DNA from: Octopus sinensis
Taxonomy: Eukaryota
Assembly (NCBI RefSeq): GCF_006345805.1
Contig: NC_043003.1
Span: 42,966,001-43,030,000, forward strand
Direction of reading: 5' to 3'
DNA length: 64,000 nucleotides
Of the stretch, positions 1-12,712 are shown in pieces. The translations under genes were made by a program, and so were the position numbers. The notes under the pieces were generated by a model, which saw nothing but the letters and a program-made list of their open reading frames with translations, was not told where the DNA came from and searched no databases. Each line of letters starts with the position of its first letter. Positions within the stretch are counted from its first letter, which is position 1.

Positions 1-225
1 GTAAAAACAAGCGTTTACGACTGAACTTCTGCTGACCACGTAATTACATAGATGCTGTTTAATTTCCAGTCGGATGAACTTCAGTACACGTAGGTTAATA
101 TGTAAGTTGTACAATTTCTGATGTTTGAAGAAATAATGATCTAAGGAATTGAAGAAATAATACCCTCATGAGATGAGGAATCAATATTCAAACGAATCTT
201 AAAGTTCATACCAAAATTTCATTTT

Positions 226-637
226 CTTTTACTCTTTTACTCTTTTACTTGTTTCAGTCATTTGACTGCGGCCATGCTGGAGCACCGCCTTTAGTCGAGC
301 AAATCGACCCCGGGACTTATTCTTTGTAAGCTCAGTACTTTTTCTACCGGTCTCTTTTGCCGAACCGCTAAGTGACGGGGACGTAAACACACCAGCATCG
401 GTTGTCAAGCAATGCTAGGGGGACAAACACAGACACACAAACACACACACATATACATATATATACATATATACGACAGGCTTCTTTCAGTTTCCGTCTA
501 CCAAATCTACTCACAAGGCATTGGTCGGCCCGGGACTATAGCAGAAGACACTTGCCCAAGATGCCACGCAGTTGGACTGAACCCGGAACCATGTGGTTGG
601 TTAGCAAGCTACTTACCACACAGCTACTCCTGCGCCT
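226..637 (-). mobile_element. tRNA-derived SINE, family A (head, internal TA/CA microsatellite, tail ending in (gtaaaaga)n)
   Basis: Reverse complement starts aggcgcaggagtagctgtgtggtaag (A box) ... ggttcagtccaac (B box); colinear with copies at 9719, 21614, 45103, 49202. Confidence 0.9.
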
Positions 638-1627
638 ACCCAACATTTATGAGCTAACAGCAGTTACAATATAACGTGTACTGCACGACTGTAGCCATGA
701 AATCTATTTCTAAGCTTCATAGAATGCAACAATATATTTTCTATCTGCTACAGATTAAATCTCTGTTGCCTTCTATGCCCCTTCTTCCTCCCCCTTTTCA
801 TTACGTTCATTTGAAACTTTTGTGTTTACCTTTCTAGAGTTGGACGTATTTTTCTCTTACAATTGTCATTTTCCCACTCCGATATCCATTTATTGTGCGC
901 AGTACTTATATTTTCATTGAGATCTGTAACTTAAAGCTGTTTATCTCTTTGACGAATTCTTTGGTTCTACAGGAAACTTATGAAAATTAATCTGCGTATG
1001 TCAAATGCAGCAGAACATGTTGTTTATTTGAGGAAACCCCAGGATTTTTTTTTGGGTTTTTCCGTAAATTTATGTTTCTTATTCTTAGCTTTGAATAACT
1101 TGACTTTTATGCATAGAGAAGCCAATGATATTCTGAAAGTGTTTCTTCTGAAGTTCTGGTTACCAAAAGTATTAGTATTAAACATTGATTACATATTTGT
1201 TTTTATATCCTATGATCGCGTTATCTCGATGTCCGAAAGCAATGAGTCATAATCAAATATATCCGTAAGTGCTGAAATAAATTTTAAATTTATAAATTAG
1301 AAATGTGCAAGTTTTTTTTTAGTATAGAAATTCTACTAGTATGTAGGAAACTAAAATGATCACTATGTAAATGAACGAGGTAACTACCTATTGTTTCAAT
1401 AAAATAAATAATTTGCACATACAAAATTACATTTTTTCTCCTTTTACTTCATGGAACATATCTTCTGTTTTATCTTTGATAGTTTTCGAATATACTATGA
1501 AAATGGTCATGAAATGAACTATTCTTTCGAACAACGAAAGAAGACACAAATGGAAAACAAAACAAACAACATAAAGAACGATCCTTCATCAGTTGTTGGC
1601 TGTTTTTCTAGTCTCGTATTTCGAGCA

Positions 1628-1820
1628 TTTAACAACAATATATGCTTTCGATAAAACAGTTGCTCCTGCAAAGCAAATTAAATAAAATTTGGGATTCTGT
1701 GGAGAATGTTTTCACTGACCTGTTTGTGTTACCTGTTTTGACTCTCCGCAGAATCCCAAATTTTATTTAATTTACTTTGCAGGAGCAACTGTTTTATCGA
1801 AAGCGTATATTGTTGTTAAA
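1628..1820. repeat. Fold-back hairpin element (78-bp arms, ~37-nt loop)
   Basis: 1628-1705 is the near-perfect reverse complement of 1743-1820. Confidence 0.9.
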
Positions 1821-1963
1821 TACATACATACATACATACATACATACATACATACATACATGTATATATGCATACATACATACATACATACATACATACA
1901 TAAATACATACATACATACATACATACATACATACATACATACATACATACATAAATACATAC

Positions 1964-2002
<39 letters not shown>
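1821..2002. repeat. (TACA)n/(TA)n microsatellite
   Basis: Direct reading. Confidence 0.95.
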
Positions 2003-2006
<4 letters not shown>

Positions 2007-2577
2007 CCTCTTCTCTGTCACGTGACTGTTGGCCGAAATCTGCCTTTCAGCTCCTGACCCTCGTCGTGTTAACATCGTTGTTCTTCGTCCGCCGCTATAA
2101 AGGCTTTTTCCAATGCGCCAGAGAAAAAATTTGTTTGCTTGTTATCAGTCGTAAGACACTTGTTGTTTTCACCGTTAATGCTTCTGTATTTCATGTTTCT
2201 GTATTCCATTATTGTTTTTTGTTTTTTTATATCTGTCCCTTTTGCTGTCCTGGTGTTCGTATGCATTCGATCCTTCTTCCAGGAAATCTACGCTTCCAGC
2301 TTAGTTTTTCTTGGAGGGCTGGCCGTGATCTAGTAATCTCAAGATTAATCAGCCGAAATTACTACGATGATCCGGTTCTTGACTGAAGACTGAGGGGTTC
2401 GAATGTCCTGTCCATGTTTATTGTATCGTCTTCTATGAGTTATACGTTCTTGTCCATGTTGTATTTTTCTACATACCTTAACATATATATATAATATATA
2501 TATATAAACATTCCCACACGCACACAAGCATACACACACATCTACAGACTTAAATACATAAAATATCTGAACGCACA

Positions 2578-3086
2578 CACATATTGATACTGGCTTTTCG
2601 AACAAGTGACTTCTTTCTTGCTGCACAGCCAGAGTAGCCAAGTTTGTGGAGATGCCTGACAGTTGTTCATGGACTGACAACAACTTGTCCTGCAATGTCA
2701 GAGGCCTTGTAATGAGGATTATCCTCCACACTTCTCTTAACAAAGCGAAGGGTCCTGTCAGAGAGCCCTAGTCGACCTGCGAGAGGTGATGTGGATTCGT
2801 TCCCTTCTCTGGTGAATTGTACCATAACACTATTAACTGTGGAAAGCGGGATCCCAAAGTTTTCTGCGATTTTACGTTGGCGAAGTCCATCTTCAGATTG
2901 ACTGATAATGCGGCCTCTTTGAAATTCGGACAGTTCCAGGGCTTCTTTTGTTCGTGGCATGACTAAACAGTCACATATAGAAACTGAACCATAGAAATGT
3001 TAATCATTAAAAATATATGTACTTTTTCAAGTTGAAATAAACATAAAACGATGTTTTATTGGGGTATCTATTTGATTCTGTCATGT
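2578..3086 (-). mobile_element. Truncated Tc1-family transposon: one terminal region plus N-terminal paired HTH of the transposase (pseudogene)
   Basis: [19 protein letters not shown]...[14 protein letters not shown]...[33 protein letters not shown] is a Tc1-type DNA-binding region with one in-frame stop; TIR-like terminus (ta)catgacagaatcaaatagatacccc at 3061-3086. Confidence 0.8.
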
Positions 3087-4283
3087 ATATATATGTGTAT
3101 AAATATATACATATATACATAATACATACATACATATATACGCACATACATTTATAGCCAAAGAGGATCTAGGTGTTCAAGTGAATGAAATAATACCTCA
3201 ACGATATTGTGAAGATGAAGTATATGTATTAACGTATTAATTCAGATGTCCTTACTTGAAGTTTTATAAACTTAAATATGTACGTCAGAGGATTTGGAAT
3301 TGGCTTCTGTACAGATTTCTTCGACTAAATTTCATACGACCTGGCAAAGAAGCTTGTATGCAGCCCAACTAGAATTTTGTAGCTTAATTGTACTTCTTAC
3401 TGTATTGTACTGAAATGAAAAGAAAAGATAAGTTACTCATCCTTTGATCATCTTTTATGACAAATCTACTTAATCAGGTTTGAGTTAGAGTATATTTGTT
3501 ACATGGTAGGATTTGAATAACAAGCAGTGTCCAAGGCCATTATAGAACCACCAAGATTGGTAAGCTTGATGCAGTTAAGGTTCTGTGTACAATGCTGCAA
3601 ATCAATATCCACCGGAAAAATATGAGCAAGAAGATACCAGAATGTCGATGTTCTGGCAATGGAGGACTGGAAATAATAGTTATTACGGAGCCGGTGGAGT
3701 GGCGAAGGGCACAATGATGATGAAGAAAGGTAGAGAAACGAGTCGTTTTGGTTACCCAATTGTTAGAGGTTTGAGACTAATCAGTTCTGAGAAAGAGAGA
3801 CCATTATAGTAGCGACAGATCGAGCACACATCATGCCAGTGAACTAGAAGTTACAGCGTGTCTGTCAGTAAATGGTTGCCAGTATGCTACGTGGCCTTTC
3901 TTTGGATGAGGGCTCCTGATGTCTGTAGATACAGTTGCATCAACGTCTTAGGTGTGGGAGCAGTATTCCACTGTGAACCTTACTTGTGTGTCGGTAAATT
4001 TTAGTGGCTAAACTTTTTCAGGTACAGAAGGATAAGGTTACTCTTTGGCCTAAAGTGTATAAACTAAAATAACCAAATTTTATTGAAAAGATTTAGGTCA
4101 AACCTTCTCAGATTATAATACTAGACATTTATGTATGGAGCCGTGCAATCAAATAAAATCCTAAACCATGTGGTTGTTAAGCAAACTTCACAAACACAAT
4201 GCAATGTCTGCGTCCATTTAACACACAAGTCTTCTTGATCGAGGCTAGCTCAGAGATAAACAAAAACAAAAGCAATAACACTA

Positions 4284-4365
<82 letters not shown>
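4284..4365. repeat. (CTA)n microsatellite
   Basis: Direct reading. Confidence 0.95.
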
Positions 4366-6001
4366 ACGCAGCACTTAAAACACTATTTCGAACATAAAAA
4401 AGTCGAAACAAAAATATAACAAAACATTAATGGTAACAATATTGTGATCAATAAATATATTGAAATTGAAATTAATAATGAAATAATTGATTTGTTGTTC
4501 TATACTTTTTGTTCTACCGAGAAAGCAGTGAAGAGAAATAAAACAAACAAAATAGACGTCAATAAGGGGGAAATCTGGTGGGAAATAACATACGAGTTAG
4601 ACATCCTTTCAGTACAATAACCAGAAACGAATAAAATAAATATATATTATCATATATACACATGTATTCAAAAGTATTCGGATATTTTATACATCAATAT
4701 ATACATACATATATAAGTCTATATATATATATGAATACACATGAATTTACGTGCGTGATGTGGTGGGTATAACTACTCATATATGAAAGAATGCTGGTGG
4801 AATGCTCTTGCCAAGATTCGGTAAAATGTACGCTCAATCTACATTATGATCTAAGACAGAGGGAAAAAATGCACGGTAGAGGAAATCAGTTGCCCTATAG
4901 TTGTTGACGTAGTGTTAAGCTTTAGTAAATAGGAAACTACTTATATAGAACTAATGAGAAATCTGACTCACTCCACTCGAACTATCGCTGTGGATTTATA
5001 TTCATAATTATCGGAGCACTTTGTTACGTGGCTAATTACTTCAATACAAGTCTCGGGAAGCTGTACTACAGTAAACTGGAAAGAACATGGTTAATTAATA
5101 ATTTTTAGCTACGAACCATTAAAGCCGTTGTCAAAATATATAAAAGGCTCCAAAGGTTAACAAAGAGTAAGTACAGCTACACACCTATAAACATGTAAAC
5201 ATTATGAGCATATGTATAATTTAAAACAAACGGAACTCCGTATTTAATGATATCTATTTTTGCACAGATCCGTAAGTGTGCACACTTATGCGTAAATAAG
5301 TATATGTATGCTTATGTGCATACGTATATACATGGATACGTACGTGTATGTATATATGCGTAAAATTCTAATGAAAGAACCCTGTTTCTTGGTTTGAAAT
5401 ATACTCTTTTTCCGTTGGGGAAAAATTCGAGATAAAACCAAAAGAACATGCTTATACAAAGGCTTACATATATGCATGCAAGCGGGCAAGTAAAACGGAT
5501 TATTAGATGTAAACTGGTACATAGAAATGAATCGTCTGAATCAATACAAGCTAATAATCTTTCCCAAAGAAATAAGCAAATATCATTACACGCGACAATA
5601 ACAGCAACTTCAATACTAACAGCGACGTATAGTCAGTAATATTCCTGAAGCTAGTAACAAGCTACAGCACATGCTTTCCGTTTGCTCATAAGGACGACAA
5701 TACATCTGAATTTCAAAGCTTCAGAGAACAAACAAATGAACACCGAATTCTGTGTAACACACTAAAAATCATTTAGGGCGAAATGTTGCAACATGCACAA
5801 AAATTTAGCTTGAAAGGCAAGTCATTGAAAACAAATATAAGCGCCTTCTCAGCTAGAACCGTATGTTTTAAATGAAATAGTAGGTATTTATTTGAAAGAT
5901 ATCCAGTAAGTTACATAAAAACAGTATACGGGAGTTTAAATCTAATGTCTGTGTCAGTTTTACATTTAGCTCATAAAACGGAACTGAACATTAATAATAA
6001 A

Positions 6002-6338
6002 CATTATTTACAGTATTTACATTTGACAGATATTTGTCCTCATCTTGTTTGTTAACACAACGTTTCGGCTGATATACCCTCCAGCCTTCATCAGGTGTCT
6101 TGGGGAAATTTCGAACCTGGGTTCTCATTCCTACGGTATTTTTCGTAATTGTTATTATTATTATTATTCTTATTCAGGTCACTGCCTGGAATCGAACTCG
6201 GAATCTTAGTGTTAGTAGCCCGCGCTCTTAACCCTTACACCATATGTTAACAACATACAGAATGAGGACAAATATCCGTCAAATGTAAATAATGTAAATA
6301 ATGTACATAATCCCTCATCTCTTAAATATAGAACTGTA
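6002..6338 (-). mobile_element. Fold-back non-autonomous element with tRNA-like Pol III head and hammerhead core (Penelope-associated-like)
   Basis: Inverted arms 6002-6056 and 6246-6303; A box (plus 6232-6242) and B box (plus 6188-6199) on minus strand; hammerhead core downstream. Confidence 0.75.
6054..6099 (-). ncRNA. Minimal type-I hammerhead ribozyme motif
   Basis: Minus strand: gacac CUGAUGA a ggcug-gaggguauau-cagcc GAAA CGUU guguu; stem I gacac/guguu, stem II ggcug/cagcc, palindromic loopless stem III (AACGUU). Confidence 0.7.
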
Positions 6339-7823
6339 TTAATAATAAAGATACAAACCACGCGAGTCTTGAGTGTCTATAATTAAAAATAAAATTTGTC
6401 AGTGAATGCTTCGCTGATTCTCATGCTTATGAATTGGAAGATAGACTAAACTCTAAATTATATCAAATGAGCCAAGAAATAGAAATAAAAACAAAAAAAG
6501 CTACAAATTATTAATGTATATATCTTAAATGTTACACTGTGTACAGACTGCTTGATAGAAATTCGCAAGTAGTCTAACATAGATTGAATGCAAACAACTT
6601 AATTGCTGTAAAAGTGAAAGTTCGTGGAAGTCTGTATGGGTAAGAAATAAGTTGAAGACGAAAGATGTATTAGTACAGGGTTACTTCAAGTAAGTTGAAC
6701 AAAAAATTAAAAAAAAAACTTCGCACACACAAAAACGAAGAGTACATCTGTATGAAACTGATGGCAGTATGTTAACAATTGTCCTAAGGAAAATGGCAAA
6801 CAGAAAATCACTATTTGGATAAACGTAAAAAAATCTAACCTATTTTATGGTAACAATGCATGGAAAGTCCATCAGGAGATGCGTGGGACGTGTCCAAATG
6901 GCTGTCAACTGTCTTTAATTTTTCTTATTGCTAACAAATCACAACCACTCCGTGAAGCCGAAATTACTATCCAATAACCTGGACATCACCAGGCATAAAT
7001 TATAGATTGGGTGCCTGTAATCTGATTTTACAGGATCATTGTGCCTGTTATTACTTTAAATTACTCTCCTATCTGTTTATATTATTCTGCTATCCATCTA
7101 CTAAAATTGTACAGAGCCTGTTCTGTTCGGTAATATTATTTTACGTATATATTTATATTATGATGCTTAAAACATTATGCCGGAATTTTTGTTAAAGTTT
7201 ATCAAAATATTCCGTTAAATAATTTCATTTATTATCTCCGCCTTAGCGAAGGCAGAGGTATTGTGTCTCATTCGTGTTTGTTTATTTGTTTGTTTGTTTG
7301 TCTTTGGACAAAATATCTCAAGAACCGCTGGATAGATTCGGATGAAATTTTCAGGGATGTTTGGCATTGTGACTGGCACGAACTGATAGATTTGGGGATC
7401 GATCCGCTACCGGACAAGGATACTAGATTATTTGTTATATTTACTTTACTTTACATGAAGTATTACGATCTTACGTTCACTTTCAAGTCTTTCTTTGACT
7501 ATCTCCCTTGAAAGCACGCTCATGATTTTCACGTAAGTTATGGCGGCGATGCTGTTTCCAAAGTTTTATTTTCGTTTCTCTAATATTTATTTTACTGGCG
7601 TCTCTATCTTAGTAGAAACTGATGGATAAAGAAATCAGACTACAGCAAAACCGTTCAGAAAATAAATAACACTAACATATTCGGAAACAATAATAAATAT
7701 GATTTATCCTCGACAATTTTTAGTTACACCAATTTTGAATATATCCCTGATGTTTAAAACATCTTACTTACTTGACAATTGCATTTCTAGTTCTGCCTTG
7801 AATGACGCTTTATTTCTTGGATT

Positions 7824-7970
7824 CACGTTTTTGTGCGTAACGATTTTGTTAAACCTCCGTATGCAGGTCCTTCCCGTTTCCTTTCACGCACGGATAAATT
7901 TTTCTCTATAGTCCTTAATGGTCGTAAAGACACTATATCAGTAGATAGACTAAAAAAGACCATCATAGAC
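7824..7970 (+). pseudogene. Gypsy LTR-retrotransposon integrase C-terminal (GPY/F-region) fragment
   Basis: HVFVRNDFVKPPYAGPSRFLSRTDKFFSIVLNGRKDTISVDRLKK matches the VFVRxD...PPYxGP...RxDK...V/ISIDRLK pattern of Gypsy integrase tails. Confidence 0.7.
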
Positions 7971-8224
7971 ACACGCACAGCATTACAAACATGGCCCGCA
8001 CATCCACATTCACATTCCATGATTACCATTGGAATCGATCACGTACCGGACAAAGATTTTGGAATATTTTTCCGTATTTTTTTTTTACTTAATTTTTGAG
8101 AGCGGTCAGGTTCATTTTTAGTATTCCCGTTTGTGAGAGCAGTCGAGTTCAGATATTCTCATTTAAAAGAATCATCTCCGGCTAATCGTTGAGAGGACGT
8201 TGTTGTTGCCATGGCGGAGGTTTG

Positions 8225-10437
8225 TGTCACAGGCGGTTTGAGTTGTTTATTTGTCGTGTTAGACGTGAGTCATTGTGTTAAATATTTGTCTGATTGATTG
8301 TTGCTGTTCAAATTGTTGCTACAGTTATTTTGAATTGTTGTTTTTTCCCATTGTAGAAAAATGGAGAGAGCGTCAGAGGGGTGGCCACAGTTGTGCGGCT
8401 GCAACTGGAAGGGGGATGGACGCGGAAGCGCCGGAGGTGCGTCAAGTGAGGGGTGAACCACGAAGAATGAAGGAATCCGATGGGTTGCTGGATGTGGACG
8501 GAAATACACTGAAGTTGGCACCGCCTGTTGAAGAGAAACGGTGAAATGTGAAACAATGAAGATGGCAACGGGAAAAATAGAAATAGCGACGGTGGAACCT
8601 GAGGAAGAGTATAAAAAGTCTAACTACATTTATAACAAGAGGGAGAAGGTGCGCTGCTGTGGAGGTGCGTTTTGCATCGGAGGAGGAAGAAATTAAGCAC
8701 TACACGGAGACAGTGAGATCCAAGGAATGGGTGCTTTTGCCATCGTATTATGGAAGACGTGTGGCCGGTGTGCAAGTTGGTGAGGCGCCCCCAGAGCTGA
8801 ATGAAGCATGGTGGAGACAGCCATAATGTGTGACATGAATGAGGAAGCCAGGATGCTGACGGTCGCAGGAGCCCAAAGAGTTGACTACTGGGGATGTGGA
8901 GTGGAATTGACCGTTCAAGCAGCGGTAGAAGACCTAAGCAGAATTGCCGAAGAGAAGGTGCTACCCGATGATGTGGTGGTGGAGGGTGTGCCGCCTATAT
9001 GTTATACATGTGGGGAGGGGGAGGCACATGAGGGCGAGGTGCCCCCAGAGGGAACAACAGATGGAGTGGACGGAGAGGCAGGAGGGAGCAGACTTGGTGG
9101 TTCAAGTTGAGATGAAAGAGGGGGCAACGGAGGAGGAGTTCGCGGTATTTGGGAAAAGAAGGAAAGATGGGAGAGTGAGCTCGCCACCAGAGCAGCAGAG
9201 GGAGAAGAAGGAAGAGATGGATGGAGAGCGAGGAGGCCAGAAGGAGGGAGGATGAGATGGTGGTGGAGAAAATGAGCGAAAGGGTACCTGAAGAAGTGTT
9301 TAAGGAAGTGTTGCATGAGGAAGAGAGATTGGTGGGGACACCGGTTGTTCCAGTGGAGAAGGAGGGTTTGGAAATGCAACTGGAGAGTCTGCTCAGGGAG
9401 GTGGAAGAAAGGAAGAAGGTATCAGGTGCGGAGGAGGAAAGGAGAAGGCAGATGAGAGAGGGGAGATTTCGATGGAGTTTTGTGACGTGCAACAAGGGGC
9501 AAGGAAGCTGAAAGGAAAATATTAAAGTTTAAACATGTTGTAGGGGTTAAGTTGTGCATTCGGAGAATGTGAAGGCCATCGTGGTTGACAAAGACACCTA
9601 CAACAGACTAAAAGACATGTGTGGAAAAGGGATTGACCAGCCGGGTGTGATGGCGGAGTTCGATGAATTGCCACCAGTAGTGGAGCTAAAAGTTTTAGAA
9701 CCTTTCATGAGGTTCTAAAGGCGTAGGATTGGCTGTGTGGTAAGTAGCTTGCTAACCAACCACATGATTCCGGGTTCAGTCCCACTGCGTGGCACCTAGG
9801 GCAAGTGTCTTCTGCTATAGCCCCGGGCCGACCAATGCCTTGTGAGTGGATTTGGTAGACGGAAACTGAAAGAAGCCTGTCGTATATATGTATATATATA
9901 TATGTATGTGTGTGTATGTGTTTGTGTGTCTGTGTTTGTCCCCCTAGCATTGCTTGACAACCGATGCTGGTGTGTTTACGTCCCCGTCACTTAGCGGTTC
10001 GGCAAAAGAGACCGATAGAATAAGTACTGGGCTTACAAAGAATAAGTCCCGGGGTCGATTTGCTCGACTAAAGGCGGTGCTCCAGCATGGCCACACTCAA
10101 ATGACTGAAACATGTAAAAGAGTAAAAGAGAGAGGTATTAAAAAGTAAAAAAAGTAAGTAAAATTGTTTTATTGAAGAAAGAAGGAAAAAAGTACAATTG
10201 CTTCATTTTAAAAATAGAGGGAAAACGAGAAAAAATCAATAAGATAATAGAACGATTGCAAATAGTTTATATAAACGATCAAATGGCACTGCATGGGAAT
10301 GGGGCCCATGCAGCCATTTCTTTTTTCATTTTTATATAACATCTCATTTTCATTCGTTTTATGTTTTTTGTCCCCACTGTGGTGCCTTTGTAGTGTCCCC
10401 TCTGTGTTGTGGCCGTAGTGCCAAAACAAAGAAACAT
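8225..10437 (+). mobile_element. ORF1-only (HAL1-like) non-LTR retrotransposon, decayed copy 1
   Basis: 13-bp TSD tggc(g/a)gaggtttg at 8212-8224 and 10438-10450; frameshifted ORF 8361-9718 homologous to the 52898 ORF (LKLAPPVEEK, LLPSYYGRR, VVVEGVPPICYTCG..HMRARC); ~295-bp 3' UTR with hairpin; no RT. Confidence 0.75.
9719..10131 (+). mobile_element. SINE family A inserted in the ORF1-only element
   Basis: Full head-to-tail match to family A; imperfect TSD gaggttctaaa (9709-9719) / gaggtattaaa (10132-10142). Confidence 0.9.
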
Positions 10438-12663
10438 TGGCAGAGGTTTGCGCTCTCTGAATGTTCTTGCTTTATTCTTAAATCACCGTTGTGGTCTAAT
10501 ATTTTAATTAAACACTTACTACAATAGTATCCCGAAACACTTTATATCACTTTACTTCACGCTATAGCATATTATACATCTATTTATTCTTATCGCTTCA
10601 TATATCTTATATATTAATTTACTCATTTAATTATCTAACCAAATATTTGTCAATTTTAAGTCCGTCATTTTCAATTCAGTAAACGATTGCCTATACTTGT
10701 CTCTGTTTCATTAGAAACTTTAAAATAGAAAGTTGCTTTTTAGGTACCGTATTCTGTACATGATTATTTTGAAAGGTAAGAATATTAATATTAACTCCAC
10801 GCGTTTACTTAGTATTAATGTATTAATTGATTGCTAAACTTTATCTTTATACATACACAACTTTATAATCAAATTTATACGGAGACAGAAATAATTTCTT
10901 ATATTTTCTCTATAATCCATTATAAACCATTAAACTTCCACACCTGTTAACATTGTATTTTATTTTTTCGCATTATTTGAATTTTATTCCAAAATTTTTG
11001 CTAAAAATTTATACGCAGTAAAATATTTTAATATGACTAAATTTAATTCCAAACCTTATTTTCCTGTAACTCGAATTTTTCTTCACTTATCACTTAGTTT
11101 CGTCAATCGTTTCTTCAAATGCAATTTTTCAAAAGTATGCAATTTTATTTTATTCTTCAATTTTCGTAAAGGAGTGTGTTTTTTATAAGAGGTTAATTCT
11201 GTTTACTCATCTTCTCGTCTGTGGTTTCTTTTCTCTTTCCATCATTCACTTTTGTTTATTTGTTTAATTTCAGATTTTGGTTATGGGTTAATATACATAA
11301 TTACTTATACACACACAGAAGCACACATTGTTTGATGAATGGTTACATGAAACTATGAGTAGCAGTTTATGAAGTTTTTGCAGCTTCAGTAAAATAATAC
11401 TTTACTCTATCTTTGGTTCTCGAGTACCATTTTCTACCGCTAGATTTGCATCTGTGTGCCACACACAAACACACACTCACATACATACACATTTATACAT
11501 ATATTATGTGAGTACATGTGTGTGAAAATAAGGCAAGGCACATATATTCTTGCCTGTGTATACGCATGTCAGTGTATTCATGCATGTTACATGTATATAT
11601 ATAGTCACCAATATGAAGCAACCTCCGTGCATATACGTGCACAAAGAGGCATATATATATATATATATACATAGTAACACACCGGCGTAAGTCACTGATG
11701 TTACTTATACATATAACTTTTTATGATATACACCATATATGCCTTCGAATTCAGTATGTAAATTTTCTAGAATCTTGACCTTGTCCTGTGTAACCTTGCA
11801 AATATCAAGTGTCGTCAATCCTAAAAGGATGATGGAAGGACGGAGTTTCGACATGGTTCTACAGTGTACAAGAAATAACCGTAAATTCTTCTCAACGTTC
11901 TATTAAAAGATAGAAGATACAATGTTATTTAATGACAGACTCTCTCTTGAAACCAACACAATGACTTCGAGTGGTATATCATTAAGTTCCCCTTGCGTTG
12001 GCCCAACGCTAAACAACAACACCATAGACAGTTGCCTGTAAAAGAAGTGACTACACATTAATTAGAACTGCAATTTCAAACTTGCTGTCTGTCACCAGAT
12101 TCGCTTCTAGAGCTAGTGCGGTAGTTATCTGTATATCTGAAGCAGTGAAACGTTATATAAACTTTATATATATCGTGTCCATGTACCCGCCTCTGCTCGG
12201 CTTTCATCATCAAGGCTAAATGATTAGTACTGTTCCTGTTATGAACCCACCTTTATTATGCACAATTGTTGAAAGATCGTTAAAGCATGCATAACAGTAA
12301 AATAGTCATAAATTTATGCATATTTTCAATATGAACATTAATGAATGTAAAATTGCTATATATTTATTAATGTATGCATGCTTACTGTACGGTTGGTAAT
12401 GAATGAATAATTGTTATATAGTCGTTAAAATATGCATTGCTGCTATATGGCCTTTAATATATGCATAATTGCTATAGGAATGTTAATTTGTGCATAATTG
12501 CAATACGGTCGCTAACGTATGCATAGTTTTCATATTGCAAATGAAATTCATATCTTTAAAAGATGTAATCAACTTCAAAATACTTTAATCCTTTCTGCTT
12601 ATGCTTACATGTGAACGCAGATACACGTAGACGAACACACGCGCACGCACGCACGCACACACA

Positions 12664-12712
<49 letters not shown>

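Larger units (their letters stand above)
7231..10475 (+). mobile_element. Helentron-associated/DINE-1-like non-autonomous element, interrupted near its 3' end by the ORF1-only element and containing a Gypsy fragment
   Basis: 5' hairpin ctccgccttagcgaaggcagag, (TTTG)n tract, 3' ggcggaggtttg|cgctctctgaatgttcttgc; colinear with the uninterrupted copy at 49605-49960. Confidence 0.7.

Noticed and set aside
2290-2400. Hammerhead-like words (gtaatc|tcaaga, ccGAAAttac, tcttgaCTGAAGA), also at about 22930-23000
   Set aside because: Blocks occur in the reverse order needed for a monomeric fold and no stem II is evident; treated as Penelope-end remnants, not called ribozymes.
6175-6246. tRNA-like sequences here and at SINE heads (42530-42600, 42915-42990)
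   Set aside because: No complete cloverleaf or acceptor stem; they run into repeat bodies, so they are SINE heads rather than tRNA genes.
10480-11230. Faint minus-strand RT-like words (DYK, GFG, NG)
   Set aside because: Too decayed to translate convincingly by eye; needs a profile search.
12260-12540. Degenerate ~30-bp atgcataattgc minisatellite
   Set aside because: Too eroded to define a unit; nothing beyond ordinary tandem decay.
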